From contig JBJMMA010000106.1 in assembly GCA_045805065.1 (NCBI GenBank), forward strand, positions 1 through 56,350: DNA of 56,350 nt, in the 5' to 3' direction. The translations under genes were made by a program, and so were the position numbers. The notes beneath the pieces were generated by a model. That model was not told the DNA's origin. It ran no database searches and saw nothing but the letters and a program-made list of their open reading frames with translations. This document shows positions 55,488 to 56,350 of the stretch, piece after piece. The number at the start of each line of letters is the position of its first letter. Position 1 is the first letter of the stretch. This DNA comes from Bdellovibrionia bacterium. GTDB lineage: Bacteria > Bdellovibrionota > UBA1018.

Positions 55488-55754
55488 CTATTTAACGAGG
55501 ATTAGAACCGGCCTTTTTGGTTCTTGAGAAGCACTTTCTTCGGACTCGAGATCGTCTAAGGTCTCGCCTACGAGAGTCCAAAATTCGGACCGCGAGAGTG
55601 GTACTTGTTCCGCAAGGTGGAGCAACGTCTCCCGTAATCTATTTTTAAGCCTAACTTCGTCTAATTCCACGCGAGCTATTGAGCATAAGCTGGGCCAATG
55701 AGTCAAATGATTGACTGCGGTCTGAATATTTTTTTGGAGTGAACTGCATGCCAC
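55488..55754 (-). CDS. hypothetical small protein
   Basis: 88-aa ORF with a GTG start, divergent from the methyltransferase gene. No recognisable motif. Confidence 0.3.
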   Translation of the reverse strand: MACSSLQKNIQTAVNHLTHWPSLCSIARVELDEVRLKNRLRETLLHLAEQVPLSRSEFWTLVGETLDDLESEESASQEPKRPVLILVK

Positions 55755-55851
55755 TTACCTTTTAAAAAGATTGACCACATAATTGATAAGAAAAATTCAG
55801 TTTAGAATGCGGCCTGTCGAGCGCATCACACCGTTGTTTCATGGAGGAAAT

Positions 55852-56350
55852 ATGGGTGTAAGGAAGGCAGGATCTGGTTCTCAGCACAAAAGGAAGCCCG
55901 GACGTGGAGTGCGTGGCGCGGCCCAGGTACCAATTGAACAATACGACCACAAGAAAAAGGCCCGTCTTAACAACCCTCCCGTTGGTTTAGTAAATACCCG
56001 AACGGATGTTGAAAGCGGAAAATCCAAGTATCAATACGATCCGCACCTGAATCCCGTCTTAAACTGGGCAGGTAAAGCCGAAAGGCTCTCATTTGAGATC
56101 CCCACTGTTTCCCTGCATGTTCATGAGCGCATTGATGCTCGAACAATTATTGAAACGGTCAGAAAAACCAACACCGTAGACTACGAACAAATATCGTTAT
56201 TTAACGCACAAGAAGAGCGAAGACCTCTCCGTGAAGAAGTTGAGTTCTACAAACATAGTAAGAACTGGTCCAATCGAATTATTGCGGGAGACTCGCTGCT
56301 GGTAATGAACTCATTACTCCAAAAAGAGAGTATGGGTGAGAAAGTCCAAA
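55852..56350 (+). CDS. DNA methyltransferase, N6/N4 type III Mod-like (3'-truncated by the window end)
   Basis: Not in the supplied ORF track because no stop is reached. I translated from ATG 55852 (SD GGAGG at 55843-55847) with no stop through 56350. The product reads ...KYQYDPHLNPVLNWAGKAERLSFEIPTVSLHVHERIDARTIIE...FYKHSKNWSNRIIAGDSLLVMNSLLQKE, the N-terminal signature of PF01555-type adenine methylases. Confidence 0.75.
   Translation, partial: MGVRKAGSGSQHKRKPGRGVRGAAQVPIEQYDHKKKARLNNPPVGLVNTRTDVESGKSKYQYDPHLNPVLNWAGKAERLSFEIPTVSLHVHERIDARTIIETVRKTNTVDYEQISLFNAQEERRPLREEVEFYKHSKNWSNRIIAGDSLLVMNSLLQKESMGEKVQ

Larger units (their letters stand above)
54282..55851. other. low-GC segment immediately downstream of tRNA-Asn (putative genomic-island edge)
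   Basis: Hand counts of 60-nt lines gave 42% GC at 54421 and 32% at 54601, versus about 52% at 36001 and at 56041. Confidence 0.4.

Noticed and set aside
54282-56350. Searched the island segment for an integrase, a transposase, or a direct repeat of the tRNA-Asn 3' end (att site).
   Set aside because: None was found within the window. The island call therefore rests only on tRNA adjacency, the GC drop and gene content.

Overview
Gene-dense 56.35-kb chromosomal segment with about 60 CDS and 2 tRNA genes. There are no rRNA genes, CRISPR arrays, transposases or integrases. Hand counts of a few 60-nt lines give roughly 50-55% GC. The gene content suggests a Bdellovibrio-like predatory Gram-negative bacterium: a TIGR02147/DUF4423-type regulator, an orphan pilT, PilZ domains, many signal-peptide and beta-barrel proteins, secreted hydrolases and a lytic transglycosylase. 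This taxon call is inference only. Housekeeping anchors are leuS, prs-pth-ychF, cstA-ybdD, pilT, an Slt-type transglycosylase, a thioredoxin-like 2Fe-2S ferredoxin, and trmO lying antisense between two tRNA-Asn(GUU) genes. The items most worth follow-up are: (1) a divergent cluster at 2.6-6.1 kb with a FeeM-like N-acyltransferase fused to a PilZ domain, a two-lobed nitroreductase and a ThiF/E1-like adenylyltransferase; (2) a radical SAM protein at the left edge whose SPASM/twitch-like Cys module precedes the core; (3) six perfect 12-bp tandem repeats in a divergent promoter region; (4) a Sec-signal protein made of about 37 AGQK/AGQA tetrapeptides; (5) a divergent 619-aa SelO-like protein; (6) a 976-aa signal-peptide protein with a CCA-adding/poly(A)-polymerase-like head; (7) a low-GC segment directly downstream of the second tRNA-Asn that carries an FRG-domain gene and the 5' end of a type III Mod-like DNA methyltransferase running off the window. 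All functional calls rest on motifs read by eye from the translations. No database search was run.
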